From an uncultured Eubacteriales bacterium (GTDB lineage Bacteria > Bacillota > Clostridia > Oscillospirales > Acutalibacteraceae), in contig CAYWFB010000001.1 of the NCBI GenBank assembly GCA_964457415.1, forward strand, positions 215 to 64,214: DNA of 64,000 nucleotides. The letters are read 5' to 3'. Every line of letters starts with the position of its first letter. Position 1 is the stretch's first letter. Positions 38,281 through 48,148 of this stretch are shown here, in pieces. Made by a program: the position numbers and the translations under genes. A model generated the notes under the pieces. That model ran no database searches. It saw only the letters and a list, made by a program, of their open reading frames with translations, and had not been told where the DNA came from.

Positions 38281-40545
38281 TTATTTATCTCCTCTTATTT
38301 CTTTGTGGTGTTTAATTCTAACTCCAAGGATTACTGCGCCGGTGCCGAGTACAAATACTACCATTAAAGCAGAAATTGTAACCCATACCCAATCGGGAAG
38401 ATATGGCGTTGTGGCTTCGGTAAGAGGCAATTTATAAAGCTCTGTTCCGTCATTTTCTCCGTAAGGAATACGGATTACGCTGACAGAATAACTGCTCGCC
38501 TCGTATTTCACCGTACCGTCATTGACTTCAAGCGCCATTTCTTCGGGGGCTACGTGCAGGGGCTCGTTAATTTCATTACAAGCCGCTTTGAAGTTCTCAC
38601 TCATATACTGCACAGATGGGTTATTTGCATTTTCAAAGCCCGTAAGATTAATGTCAAATCTATATGCCTTATTGGTACTGTTAACAAGCTTTACGTAAAT
38701 AACCTGATTTTCAGTATCCACCGTTGAGCACTGATAAACCCCCTCGGCGGTCATATCAAAATCATTATTGAGATAATTTGTGCCGTAGTTGTTTGCAAAG
38801 AGCATCTGCACATAGTAATCGGGAGTAAGAACAACGTTTTGAGAATCAAACCAGATAAGGTTTACATCCCAGCACTGTGCGTTGATTTTGGCAAGGGTTG
38901 GTGCGTAAGAAATCATACTCACCACATCTGCGTTGCGTTCAACGCCCGTAAGATAGGCGGCATTTTCAATTGCACCCCAGATGTTGCTCTTGGTCTGTAT
39001 TGTGCCCACGCCGTCGGCTTTGGGTGCATATTCGCCCACCATTACCTTTGCGTCGCTACGCTCATATGTGTCATAACGGTCAGTTGTACGGAAAAGCTCA
39101 CCGCCCACGGTATAATAATGCTCGTCGGCAATTGTGTCGCGGTAATTGGCATTGATTGCTGACCGGTTTGCGTCAAAATCTTCACCCGAGCCTGAATGTC
39201 CCGCAGAAGAAATAATTGTGATTTCGGGGTATTTTTCTTTTACTGCCTTATAAATGGCATCGAAGTTCCGCCAATAAACCTCGCCCCAGTTTTCGTTGCC
39301 AATTGCGAGATATTTCATATTAAAGGGTGCGGGATAACCGTTTTCCGCACGGCGTGCTCCCCACTCGGTTGAAATATCGCCGTTTGCGTATTCAATCAAA
39401 TCAAAAATATCCTGCAGATATTGATTGAACTCATCAGTTTCGGGAGTATAGGCAATGGATTTTACATATTCGTGCCATTCTGCCTCGGTAATTTCGCCGT
39501 TTTTGTATTTCGCGAGAGTATCATTATAGCCTGCTCTGCCCTGACAAATCAGCCCTGCATTGAGTACGGGTATGGGCTCTGCACCAAGTTCTGCACAAAG
39601 AGTGAAATACTCGTGGAAGCCCAATGAATTTGTATTCACATAATATCTGCCGTTTTCATCGTCTGCCCAGAGATTATAGGTCTGTTTGCGTTCTTCAGGC
39701 TTGCCGATTGTGTCTTTCCAGTTATAAAAGGTTTCCATACTGTTACCCTCGGCAAGACAACCGCCGGGGAAACGGATAAATTGAGGTGAAAGCCCCATCA
39801 GCGCATCATAAAGGTCGGTGCGGAGTGTAGTATATTTCCACTCCTCTGTGCCATAACCGTGACTGCTTGTAGGTATAAGTGACACGAAATCCATATAAAA
39901 ACTGCCGTTACCTGTAAAAGTGAGCTGAAGCGCACCGTCTGCAGTCACATCGGAATCTACGGTCATAACTATTTTAGTCCAATCTGAGCAAGAGGAAATG
40001 TCGAATTCATAAAAATCCTTATTACCCTTTGCGTTGAGAGTGACTTTTGCGGTTCCCTCAAAATCAACATTTTTGAAATATGCCGAGAAGTAGTATTCCT
40101 CGCCTGCCTTAAAGCCCATATCAGCGGTTTTCGCTTTATTTGAGTTATATTTATATGATTTATAATTGTAAAGCTCTGTAAAACCGAGATTTTTAATGGT
40201 TGCACTTTCTTCCACGGTCACAGAAAGATAATTTGTGTTGTTCTCGTTAAGTCCGTCAGCAGTAAGCACTGCATAATCAGCGGCTTTAACCTGCCACGCA
40301 GCATCGGGCTTGGCATCATATTCAAAGGAATTGTTATTCACAAGATTTGAAACGAGACCGCCGTCACCCGAAAAGCTTATATCCTCAAGGAAAATGCCGT
40401 AAAGATTGTCGCTGATTTCATAAGAAATATTTTCTGCAGAGAGGTTTATTGTTTTTTTCTGCGGGTCTGCCACGGTGCCTGTAAACATAAGCACTGATGC
40501 AAAGAGCACCATAATTGCCAATACAAGCGACAAAAATCTTTTCAA
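38281..40545 (-). CDS. secreted GH51-type alpha-L-arabinofuranosidase with N-terminal CBM-like domain and C-terminal TM anchor
   Basis: Signal peptide. FIRFPGGCLAEG, YLAIGNENWG (acid/base GNE). C-terminal WVWVTISALMVVFVLGTGAVILGV plus a basic tail. Confidence 0.75.
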   Translation of the reverse strand: MKRFLSLVLAIMVLFASVLMFTGTVADPQKKTINLSAENISYEISDNLYGIFLEDISFSGDGGLVSNLVNNNSFEYDAKPDAAWQVKAADYAVLTADGLNENNTNYLSVTVEESATIKNLGFTELYNYKSYKYNSNKAKTADMGFKAGEEYYFSAYFKNVDFEGTAKVTLNAKGNKDFYEFDISSCSDWTKIVMTVDSDVTADGALQLTFTGNGSFYMDFVSLIPTSSHGYGTEEWKYTTLRTDLYDALMGLSPQFIRFPGGCLAEGNSMETFYNWKDTIGKPEERKQTYNLWADDENGRYYVNTNSLGFHEYFTLCAELGAEPIPVLNAGLICQGRAGYNDTLAKYKNGEITEAEWHEYVKSIAYTPETDEFNQYLQDIFDLIEYANGDISTEWGARRAENGYPAPFNMKYLAIGNENWGEVYWRNFDAIYKAVKEKYPEITIISSAGHSGSGEDFDANRSAINANYRDTIADEHYYTVGGELFRTTDRYDTYERSDAKVMVGEYAPKADGVGTIQTKSNIWGAIENAAYLTGVERNADVVSMISYAPTLAKINAQCWDVNLIWFDSQNVVLTPDYYVQMLFANNYGTNYLNNDFDMTAEGVYQCSTVDTENQVIYVKLVNSTNKAYRFDINLTGFENANNPSVQYMSENFKAACNEINEPLHVAPEEMALEVNDGTVKYEASSYSVSVIRIPYGENDGTELYKLPLTEATTPYLPDWVWVTISALMVVFVLGTGAVILGVRIKHHKEIRGDK

Positions 40546-40740
40546 GCATTACACCTTCTTAAACAAAATTTAATAGTACCTTAAACTTTCTTAATATATT
40601 TTAACAGTTCACAAGGCTTATGTCGAGTAATTTTTACAAATTTTTTATACAATATATATGATTTTTCACAGTTGTATTTTTTCGCAATACAATATATAAT
40701 TGAATTATCAAATTTTTACAGTTTTTTGAGGGCAAAGCAT

Positions 40741-43700
40741 ATGCAGAAGAAAAAGATTTACACAATTGCAGACGCACATCTTGACACAATCTGGAGTTGG
40801 GATTTTGAAACTACCGTTGACAAGTATATTTTTAATACTCTCAACGACAATTTCAAGCTTTTTGAAAAGTACCCCGACTACAAATTCAATTTTGAGGGCT
40901 CATACCGTTATGAGCTTATGCACGAATACTACCCTGAAATGTGGGAGAAGATGAAATCTTACATAGCAGAGGGCAGATGGAATGTTTGCGGTAGTGCATT
41001 TGAAAACGGTGACGTAAACGTGCCCTCACCCGAGGCGCTTTTCAGAAACATACTGCTCGGCAACAATTATTTTGAAAAGAATTTCGGTAAGCGAAGCTGT
41101 GATATTTTCTTACCTGACTGCTTCGGCTTTGGCTATGCCCTGCCATCAATTATGCACCACGCAAATTTAAAAGGCTTTACAACACAAAAGCTTTCTTGGG
41201 GCTCGGCATACGGAATTCCCTTTGACCTTGGCAAATGGTACGGCGTTGACGGTAATTTTGTTTACGGCAACACAAACTGCGGTGATTACACACGCATTTT
41301 CACAAAAATCCGCGAATTAGATTTCATTAAGAAAAAACTCAGTGAAAACGAGCAATATGACTTGGATGTTACCACCTGTTTCCACGGTACAGGTGACCGT
41401 GGTGGTGCACCGAAGGAATTATCAGTAAAAACTCTCACCGCCGAAATGGCTGAAAATGGAGAAAGCGATACAGAAATAGTATCGGCATCCGCTGATGAAA
41501 TATTCCGCGTTCTTGACGATATGCCCGACGAGGCAAAGCAAAAGCTCCCCGTATGGAACAACGAGCTCGTTATGACAAACCACGCGGTTGGCGGTTACAC
41601 CTCACGTGCTATCGGTAAGCGCTGGAACAGAAGAAACGAAGAAATCGCAGATATGGCAGAGAGAGCAAGCGTTGCAGCTATGACTTTAGGCGGATATGAA
41701 TATCCACAAGAAACGCTTACAAAGGCTTGGAAGAGAGTTATTGCTCACCAGTTCCACGACGATTTGCCCGGAACATCGGTTCAGCGTGCATATCGCCGTA
41801 GCTGGAACGATTATGCAATGTCGCTCAACCAGTTCACCAACGAATATGAGGGCGCAGTTAAAAACATTGCATCACTTATTGACACATCTGCTTGCAAGGG
41901 AATTCCCGTTGTAATTAACAATCCGATGGAATATGAGAGAACGGGCGTTGTGAAAATCACAATTCCCGCAAAGCTCCGTTACAAGAATATGGCGGCATTT
42001 GACACCGACGGCAATGAATTGCCCACACAGGTTATTGAAAGCACTGCCACACATTCAGTTCTTCTCGTTTATGTAACAGTTGCACCGATGGGATATAAGC
42101 TTCTTGACATTCAAAGCAAGCGTGCAAGAGTTTCAACTCCCCTCAAGGCATCAATTCACGGACTTGAAAATGAGAAATACAAGGTTACCTTTAACAGTAA
42201 TGGTAATATCCGTTCAATTTTTGATAAGGAATTAAAGAAAGAAATTCTTAAAAAGCCAATTTATACGGGCATTTTTGATTACAACGGCAGTAAGGATTGG
42301 CCTGCTTGGGAATTAAATTATGAAGAGCTCAACCGCGAGCCGCAACACGCGCCAAAGGTTAAATCTATTGAAGTTATTGAAGAGGGCGTGTGCCGTGTTG
42401 CAATGAAGATTGTAAAGGCATACAAGGACAGTACTTTTACCTCAATTGTGGCACTTTCTCGTGGTGGCAAAACTGTTGAGATTTATGACGAAACCGAATG
42501 GCGAAGCACCTGCTCGGCGGCTAAAGAGATTTTCAGCTTCACCGCCGAAAGCCCCGTTGCAACCTATGATTTAGGTCTTGGTGCAATCAAGCGCGGAAAT
42601 ATGACCGAAAAGCTTTTTGAGGTGCCTGCACAGAAATGGGCAGACATCACAGACGAAAGCGGTGAATTTGGTGTATCCGTCATCAGCGAATGCAAATACG
42701 GTTGGGATAAATTTGATAACAACACTCTTCGCCTGACCCTTATGCACACTCCCCTTAAAAATTACCGCGTTGACAGTATGCAGTCAATGCTCGAATTGGG
42801 TCTTAACCGCTATTCTTATGCGATTTATTCACACGAGGGTGCAATTGGTCACGCAACACAATGCGAGGCAAGAAATTTTGTAATGCCGATGGCAAGCTTT
42901 ATCTGTTCAAAGCACGAGGGTGCTGAAATCGGTGAGCTTTCATTTGCAAGACTTTCGGGTAATGCAATTTTACGCGCAATGAAAAAGGCAGAAAACAGTG
43001 ACGAAATTGTTATCCGCGTTGGTGAGGACGAGAAAAAAGCACAGAAAAATGTTGAATTCTCACTTTGCACCGAAATTTTAAGTGCCAGAGAAATTTATGC
43101 ATCAGAAGAGCATATTGATGATGTTGAAATCAAAAATGGCAAGCTGATTTTCGATTTGAAGCCCTATGAAACCCGTTCATTTGCTCTTACTGTGAAATCC
43201 GCTGACAGAAAAGGAAGCTCTAAAGCAGTTGATTTTGCGGGTAATATTGGCGCATATTCAACAAACGAAGAGCCAAAAGCCTCTCTGCCCGTGATTAACA
43301 AGAGTATTCCCGCAGAAATGCGACCTGATACAGTTTATGTGGGTGGTGTGAAGTTTGAGCTTGGCAACAAGGCAATTCTTTGCGGTGGACAGACCTTAAA
43401 TCTCCCCGAAAATACAAAGAAAATCAATCTTCTTGTGGCTTCACTTAACGGGGATAAATATATTACAATCGGCGGAAATTCTGTAAAGGTCAACGATATT
43501 CGCGAATACTACGCAGGCTGGGATTTATACGATTTCGGCGAAGTAGCATTCACAAAAGATGGCAAGTTAGGTTACGAATTCACACATTCACACAATGACA
43601 ACGGTGATGCAAAATGTCAGCAGTTGTTCTTCTGGAATGTTGAGTTAGCCACAGAGGGCGACACGATTACCCTGCCCGTTGACCGCGATATTCTTATTCT

Positions 43701-43890
43701 TGCAATAAGCGCTGACGGTGATGAAAACATCTGTACTCTCGCAACAGAGCTTTATGACAACATAAAGGGCAGATATTTTGATTACAAAATGAGTGTTCGT
43801 GAGAAACTCACATATTTCAACAGCAAGCGCGTGCACAGGCTCAACGACAAGGGCGGCGCATTCAGAGACAGAAATAAGGGAAGGAGATAA
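40741..43890 (+). CDS. glycoside hydrolase family 38 alpha-mannosidase
   Basis: TIADAHLDTIWSWDFE and QFHDDLPGTS motifs. Start at ATG 40741 (M24 of the track ORF). Confidence 0.85.
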   Translation: MQKKKIYTIADAHLDTIWSWDFETTVDKYIFNTLNDNFKLFEKYPDYKFNFEGSYRYELMHEYYPEMWEKMKSYIAEGRWNVCGSAFENGDVNVPSPEALFRNILLGNNYFEKNFGKRSCDIFLPDCFGFGYALPSIMHHANLKGFTTQKLSWGSAYGIPFDLGKWYGVDGNFVYGNTNCGDYTRIFTKIRELDFIKKKLSENEQYDLDVTTCFHGTGDRGGAPKELSVKTLTAEMAENGESDTEIVSASADEIFRVLDDMPDEAKQKLPVWNNELVMTNHAVGGYTSRAIGKRWNRRNEEIADMAERASVAAMTLGGYEYPQETLTKAWKRVIAHQFHDDLPGTSVQRAYRRSWNDYAMSLNQFTNEYEGAVKNIASLIDTSACKGIPVVINNPMEYERTGVVKITIPAKLRYKNMAAFDTDGNELPTQVIESTATHSVLLVYVTVAPMGYKLLDIQSKRARVSTPLKASIHGLENEKYKVTFNSNGNIRSIFDKELKKEILKKPIYTGIFDYNGSKDWPAWELNYEELNREPQHAPKVKSIEVIEEGVCRVAMKIVKAYKDSTFTSIVALSRGGKTVEIYDETEWRSTCSAAKEIFSFTAESPVATYDLGLGAIKRGNMTEKLFEVPAQKWADITDESGEFGVSVISECKYGWDKFDNNTLRLTLMHTPLKNYRVDSMQSMLELGLNRYSYAIYSHEGAIGHATQCEARNFVMPMASFICSKHEGAEIGELSFARLSGNAILRAMKKAENSDEIVIRVGEDEKKAQKNVEFSLCTEILSAREIYASEEHIDDVEIKNGKLIFDLKPYETRSFALTVKSADRKGSSKAVDFAGNIGAYSTNEEPKASLPVINKSIPAEMRPDTVYVGGVKFELGNKAILCGGQTLNLPENTKKINLLVASLNGDKYITIGGNSVKVNDIREYYAGWDLYDFGEVAFTKDGKLGYEFTHSHNDNGDAKCQQLFFWNVELATEGDTITLPVDRDILILAISADGDENICTLATELYDNIKGRYFDYKMSVREKLTYFNSKRVHRLNDKGGAFRDRNKGRR

Positions 43891-43895
43891 CAACA

Positions 43896-45359
43896 ATGGC
43901 TGAAAATAAAGGCGACATCCGTTATGTAGGTGTCAAAGAAACTCTGGCATACGGTATTGCAAACGCGGGTCAATGCTTCGGTTACAATATTATTGCAGGC
44001 AGTTATCTCTCGCTTTTCTTTACAAAGGTATTCGGTGTTCCACCTGAAGCCGTTGCGGCAATGATGCTCTTTTTAGGACTTTGGGACACAATCAACGACC
44101 CTCTTATGGGTTCAATTATCGACAGGACACGAACACGGTATGGCAAGCTTCGTCCATATCTTTTGATTGTTCCCATTCCCTTGGGAATTGCTACAATTAT
44201 GCTTTTTGCAGGTCCTGCCCTACTGGGCGATAAAACAGAGGACGTTGCAAAAATCATTTATATGTTTATCACCTATTTTATATGGGAGCTTTTCTATACC
44301 CTTGGCGATGTGCCGTTCTGGGGAATGAGCGCGGCAATAAGCCCCTCGCCCTCTGACAGAACGCGTGTTATTTCTTCTGCCCGCTTTATTTCAGGTCTCA
44401 TCGGCGGACTTTCAACAACAATCCTCGTTGTTCTTATGGACTTGAGCAACAGCGGTGCAATCGGACTTTCGCTTTCACAAGTTTATCTTATGATGGCAAT
44501 AATTTCAGGCACATTTGGAATGGGGCTTTTCTCATTGGCAGGACTTTGTACAAAAGAAAGAGTTGTGCAGACTATTAAAGAGCCAAGTGTTCTTGACGGA
44601 TTCAAGGCTCTTGTAAGAAACAAACCTCTGCTTTTAATTGTTATAGGTAATGTTCTTGGTGCAATTAGTGGTATCGGTGGATTTTTCCAGACATATTACT
44701 ATTCCGAGGTTGTGCAGATGAACTCATTGACCTTGATTGTTTATCTGCCCGGCACAATTTTGGGGTTTGTTACATATCTGCTCATTCCAAAAATTAAGCA
44801 GAAATTTGACAACCGTCAGATTATCTTTTTGAACGGCTTTGCAAGACTTATTATGGGTACAATCGTATTCCTTGTAGGTTTCAAGTGCTTTACAAATCTT
44901 TGGGTTGTTGTGCCTCTTCTTATGGTGCAGAATCTTTTATTCAGCTTCTTCAACACAATTAATATGGTTATTCCAACTGAAATGATTGGTGATACCATTG
45001 ACTATATGGAATGGAAAACAGGTGAGCGAAACGAGGGCGTTTCATTCTCGGTGCTTACATTCGTAGGCAAGCTTACAGGCTCAATTTCGGGCACTATCGG
45101 CAACGCGCTTCTTCCGGTTATCGGTCTTTCATTCATGACAATGGGTACAGAAACCATTACTGTTAAGGCTTATGAATACACAGACACTCTAATCTGGGGT
45201 ATGTTCACATTGGCTCCCGCAATTTTAGGTCTTCTTCCGCTTATTCCTTACATCTGGTATGACCTTACGGGCGACAAGTTAAAGCAGGTTCGTGAAGAAA
45301 TGGCAGAACGCCGTACTGCTCTTTCTGCCAAGGTTTCGGGAGGTGGCAACAATGAGTAA
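43896..45359 (+). CDS. GPH-family (MelB-like) glycoside:cation symporter
   Basis: 12 TM segments. DTINDPLMGSIIDRTRTRYGKLRPY is the typical GPH signature. Confidence 0.85.
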   Translation: MAENKGDIRYVGVKETLAYGIANAGQCFGYNIIAGSYLSLFFTKVFGVPPEAVAAMMLFLGLWDTINDPLMGSIIDRTRTRYGKLRPYLLIVPIPLGIATIMLFAGPALLGDKTEDVAKIIYMFITYFIWELFYTLGDVPFWGMSAAISPSPSDRTRVISSARFISGLIGGLSTTILVVLMDLSNSGAIGLSLSQVYLMMAIISGTFGMGLFSLAGLCTKERVVQTIKEPSVLDGFKALVRNKPLLLIVIGNVLGAISGIGGFFQTYYYSEVVQMNSLTLIVYLPGTILGFVTYLLIPKIKQKFDNRQIIFLNGFARLIMGTIVFLVGFKCFTNLWVVVPLLMVQNLLFSFFNTINMVIPTEMIGDTIDYMEWKTGERNEGVSFSVLTFVGKLTGSISGTIGNALLPVIGLSFMTMGTETITVKAYEYTDTLIWGMFTLAPAILGLLPLIPYIWYDLTGDKLKQVREEMAERRTALSAKVSGGGNNE

Positions 45360-45969
45360 TAAATGTCCCAAATGTAATGAAAAATTATCACCCTTCTATA
45401 TGAAACAAACCTGCCCCAAGTGCAACACAAATCTTGTGTATTACGACCTTGATAAACGACTTGAGGCCGACCACGAAAAAGCAATTCGTGAGCAAGCGGC
45501 AGTTGACAGAGTATTAAACAATATCAAAACCTCTGCCTTCGGCGGTGCGGTACAGATTATTCGCTTTGTTTTGATGTTCTCACCTCTTTTATGGATGTGT
45601 TTGCCGATGTTCAAGGCAAATGATGGTGAATATATTACACTTATAAGCGTGATTATGGGAATAATCAATGGTGGTTTTGATTTTGGTAATCCGTCTTATT
45701 TATTCCCATTTATCACAATGGTGTGCATAATTCTTTTCTCATTGGCGGTGATTATTTCTTCGCTTTTCTCTGTTGGCAAAAAAGCATTTATGAGAAACGC
45801 TCTTTTAAGCACACTTAATGCAATTGTTTTACTGATTTGTATGACACTTTCTGTAATAAATGGTGCTCATCTTAAAATCGGATTTGCAATAGTTGTATTT
45901 GTTTATTGTTGCGAGTTATATTCACATAAAATTGTTGACAAGATAATAAATCAATCTACAAATGAATAA
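45352..45969 (+). CDS. membrane protein with N-terminal zinc-ribbon
   Basis: MSNKCPKCNEKL...CPKCNTNL followed by 4 TM segments. ATG 45352 follows GGAGGTGG. Overlaps the MFS stop by 8 nt. Confidence 0.5.
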   Translation: MSNKCPKCNEKLSPFYMKQTCPKCNTNLVYYDLDKRLEADHEKAIREQAAVDRVLNNIKTSAFGGAVQIIRFVLMFSPLLWMCLPMFKANDGEYITLISVIMGIINGGFDFGNPSYLFPFITMVCIILFSLAVIISSLFSVGKKAFMRNALLSTLNAIVLLICMTLSVINGAHLKIGFAIVVFVYCCELYSHKIVDKIINQSTNE

Positions 45970-46081
45970 AAGTGGAAAAAGCGGAAATGTTTGAATTATC
46001 AAAGTATTTCCGCTTTTCTATTGCAATTTTTCGATAATATGATAAAATATAGTCGCAAATTTTCAGACGAGGTAAAATATA

Positions 46082-46801
46082 ATGATTCTTCATATTTTTG
46101 ATAACGCAGAACAAATCGGTGCGGCAGTTGCAAATATGATTGCTGACCATGTAAACGAAAAGCCAAATTCGGTTTTGGGTTTTGCAACGGGTGCTTCACC
46201 ACTCACCACATACAATCATCTTGTTAAGGCTTATAACAACGGCAAGGTAAGCTTTAAAGACATTACAACCTTTAACCTTGACGAATACTGCGATTTGCCA
46301 CAGAGTGATAAAAACAGCTATTACACATTTATGCACGAAAACCTTTTCAATCATATTGACGTTAAAGAAGAAAACATCAATTTCTTAAACGGCAACGCAG
46401 AGGATTCAGACGAAGAATGTCAGCATTATGACGATTTGATTACCGAAAAGAAGATTGATATTCAGCTTTTGGGTGTTGGCAGAAACGGTCACATTGGCTT
46501 TAATGAGCCCTCAAACAAATTCACAAAGGGCACATTCAAGGTTCGTCTTACACAAAGCACAATCGACGCAAACTCAGTTTATTTTGATGAGGACACAATG
46601 CCCCACTTTGCGCTTACAATGGGTACAGTTTCAATTATGAAATCAAAGACCATTGTCCTTATTGCAACGGGAAGAAGCAAGCAAGACGCAATCTACGGCA
46701 TGGTAAACGGTGACATCACACCCGCCTGCCCCGCATCAGTTCTTCAGCTTCACCCCGATGTGCATGTATTCCTCGACAAAGCCGCCGCAGGAAGATTATA
46801 A
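46082..46801 (+). CDS. nagB: glucosamine-6-phosphate deaminase
   Basis: LGFATGASPL, FNLDEY and LGVGRNGHIGFNEP. Confidence 0.93.
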   Translation: MILHIFDNAEQIGAAVANMIADHVNEKPNSVLGFATGASPLTTYNHLVKAYNNGKVSFKDITTFNLDEYCDLPQSDKNSYYTFMHENLFNHIDVKEENINFLNGNAEDSDEECQHYDDLITEKKIDIQLLGVGRNGHIGFNEPSNKFTKGTFKVRLTQSTIDANSVYFDEDTMPHFALTMGTVSIMKSKTIVLIATGRSKQDAIYGMVNGDITPACPASVLQLHPDVHVFLDKAAAGRL

Positions 46802-46819
46802 TTAAAAATTCACAAAAGC

Positions 46820-46858
46820 AAAGCCTTGGGAATTCTGCACAAGTCCCAAGGCTTTTTT
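46820..46858. terminator. bidirectional terminator after nagB
   Basis: 12-bp stem aaagccttggga / tcccaaggcttt followed by tttt. Confidence 0.8.
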
Positions 46859-46868
46859 ACGTTTTATA

Positions 46869-47246
46869 TTATTTTTTAACTCCCCAAATACACTCATTAT
46901 TGTTGCCCATGGCAGAAAAAACAAGCTTTTCTGTTTTATCTGTTTCGTCTTTTTGTATACAGAACACGCCCTCATAGGTTACGCCGTCTATTACAAAGGT
47001 GGCATAAGCCGTGCCATCTGTAACACTCCAAGTGCCACTTACATCTTTTGACGAAACGGCGGTGTTATCCTTTACACTTTCGTATTTTTTAAGTCCTGTA
47101 ATTGTGCCATCGGCATTGAAAGTTATACTTTGGATTGGTGCAATAAGTCGGTCAACATAAACCCAACTTGATGCTCCGTTTGTAATATTACCGTGAGCAA
47201 CAAACTCATATTCACCACAGATTTCATAAGTGCCCTTTGTGTATGT
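46869..47246 (-). pseudogene. 5'-decapitated remnant of a GH43-type arabinanase/xylosidase (C-terminal beta-sandwich only)
   Basis: Manually translated stop-free minus-strand frame 46872-47258 with no start codon: ...YTKGTYEICGEYEFVAHGN...ITFNADGTITG...GTWSVTDGTAYATFVIDGVTYEGVFCIQKDE...LVFSAMGNNNECIWGVKK*. The frame opens exactly at the tRNA-like repeat. Confidence 0.6.
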
Positions 47247-47270
47247 TTTCGACTCCTGTCACGACCACCA
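47247..47270 (+). repeat. tRNA-3'-end-like direct repeat, copy 1 (ends ...CACGACCACCA)
   Basis: TTTCGACTCCTGTCACGACCAC is identical to 52281-52302. It reads as T-loop, T-stem 3' strand, acceptor 3' strand, then ACCA. No matching 5' half lies upstream. Confidence 0.65.
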
Positions 47271-47295
47271 CTTGAGTATAAAGTAATTGATACAA

Positions 47296-47332
47296 AAAGA
47301 ATTTCCATTAAATTGGAACTTCTTTTTGTTTT
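47296..47332 (+). terminator. stem-loop with T-run following repeat copy 1
   Basis: aaagaatttcca ttaaat tggaacttcttt ttgtttt. Confidence 0.55.
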
Positions 47333-47342
47333 ACTATAACAC

Positions 47343-47371
47343 TTGACAAATCAAAAATTTCCCTCTACAAT
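47343..47371 (+). promoter_or_regulatory. near-consensus sigma-A promoter of the toxin-immunity pair
   Basis: TTGACA (47343-47348), 17-nt spacer, TACAAT (47366-47371). Confidence 0.65.
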
Positions 47372-47414
47372 AATTTTCAGAACATTTGTTCTGCTACTTG
47401 AATGGAGGAATTTA

Positions 47415-47879
47415 ATGAATATAAATGAATGGAAAATTGTAGAGCCACCATTACATGAGAACTGTCGTTGTAAAATCGAACCAATGGAAGCCATTTTTGT
47501 AGGCGGAGCAACAAAAAATGGTGAAGCCGGTGCTGACTTTTGGTTGAAACATTTCAATAAATTACCGGATTATTATGTGACAGAAAGTGAAGCTGTTTCT
47601 ATGGGGTGGAGAAGAGGTAAATCACCTGTGAAATATTTGCCAGGAAAAATGCTAACAATGGGAATATATAATAATTCTAATGAACACTTACCACAAGCAG
47701 AAGGTCGTATATGGTACGAAGCGGATATAAATTATTATGAAGGCAAAAGAAATAAGCATAGGATTCTGTGGTCAAATGATGGATTAATATTTGTAACATA
47801 CGACCATTATGCGACTTTTTATGAAATTATAGGAGAAAATTATGGAGAAGAAAAAAATCATTACTTTAGACTTAACTGA
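47415..47879 (+). CDS. barnase-family ribonuclease toxin preceded by the terminal motif of a phage MuF (head-morphogenesis) domain
   Basis: PPLHENCRCKI (MuF C-terminal signature), then LPDYYVTESEAVSMGW...GRIWYEADINYYEGKRNKHRILWSNDGLIFVTYDHYATFYEI. This is collinear with barnase LPDNYITKSEAQALGW...GRTWREADINY...RILYSSDWLIYKTTDHYQTF. ATG 47415 follows GGAGG. Confidence 0.8.
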   Translation: MNINEWKIVEPPLHENCRCKIEPMEAIFVGGATKNGEAGADFWLKHFNKLPDYYVTESEAVSMGWRRGKSPVKYLPGKMLTMGIYNNSNEHLPQAEGRIWYEADINYYEGKRNKHRILWSNDGLIFVTYDHYATFYEIIGENYGEEKNHYFRLN

Positions 47880-48135
47880 TTGCAAATATTTAGGTGAAAT
47901 ACACGAGAGAATACAAGTTGCCTTTGATTTTCCAGAATGGTATGGAGCAAATTGGGATGCATTTTGGGATTTGTTGCGAAGCGAATGTGATGCAGATAAA
48001 TTGGAAATAATAGGAATTGATACGTTGTCTGAAAAATTTGATGAACACATTAAAATGATGATAATTATGCTTGATAAGTTTAAAGATAATTGCATAAAGT
48101 ATAATGATTATTTCGATTATGAAATTATCAATTAA
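47842..48135 (+). CDS. barstar-family immunity protein
   Basis: KIITLDLTDCKYLGEIHERIQVAFDFPEWYGANWDAFWDLL is a typical barstar N-terminus. Overlaps the toxin 3' end by 38 nt. Confidence 0.8.
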   Translation: MEKKKIITLDLTDCKYLGEIHERIQVAFDFPEWYGANWDAFWDLLRSECDADKLEIIGIDTLSEKFDEHIKMMIIMLDKFKDNCIKYNDYFDYEIIN

Positions 48136-48148
48136 TTTGAGGAATTTT

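Noticed and set aside
47247-47270. Interpreting the TTCGACTCC...ACCA repeat as a functional tRNA or as a tmRNA 3' end
   Set aside because: The upstream sequence lacks the complementary acceptor strand (GGTCGTG), the 5' T-stem strand (ACAGG) and the D/anticodon arms. A tmRNA 3' end would need a strand pairing with a 5' GGGG..., giving ...TCCACCA. Here it is CACGACCACCA.
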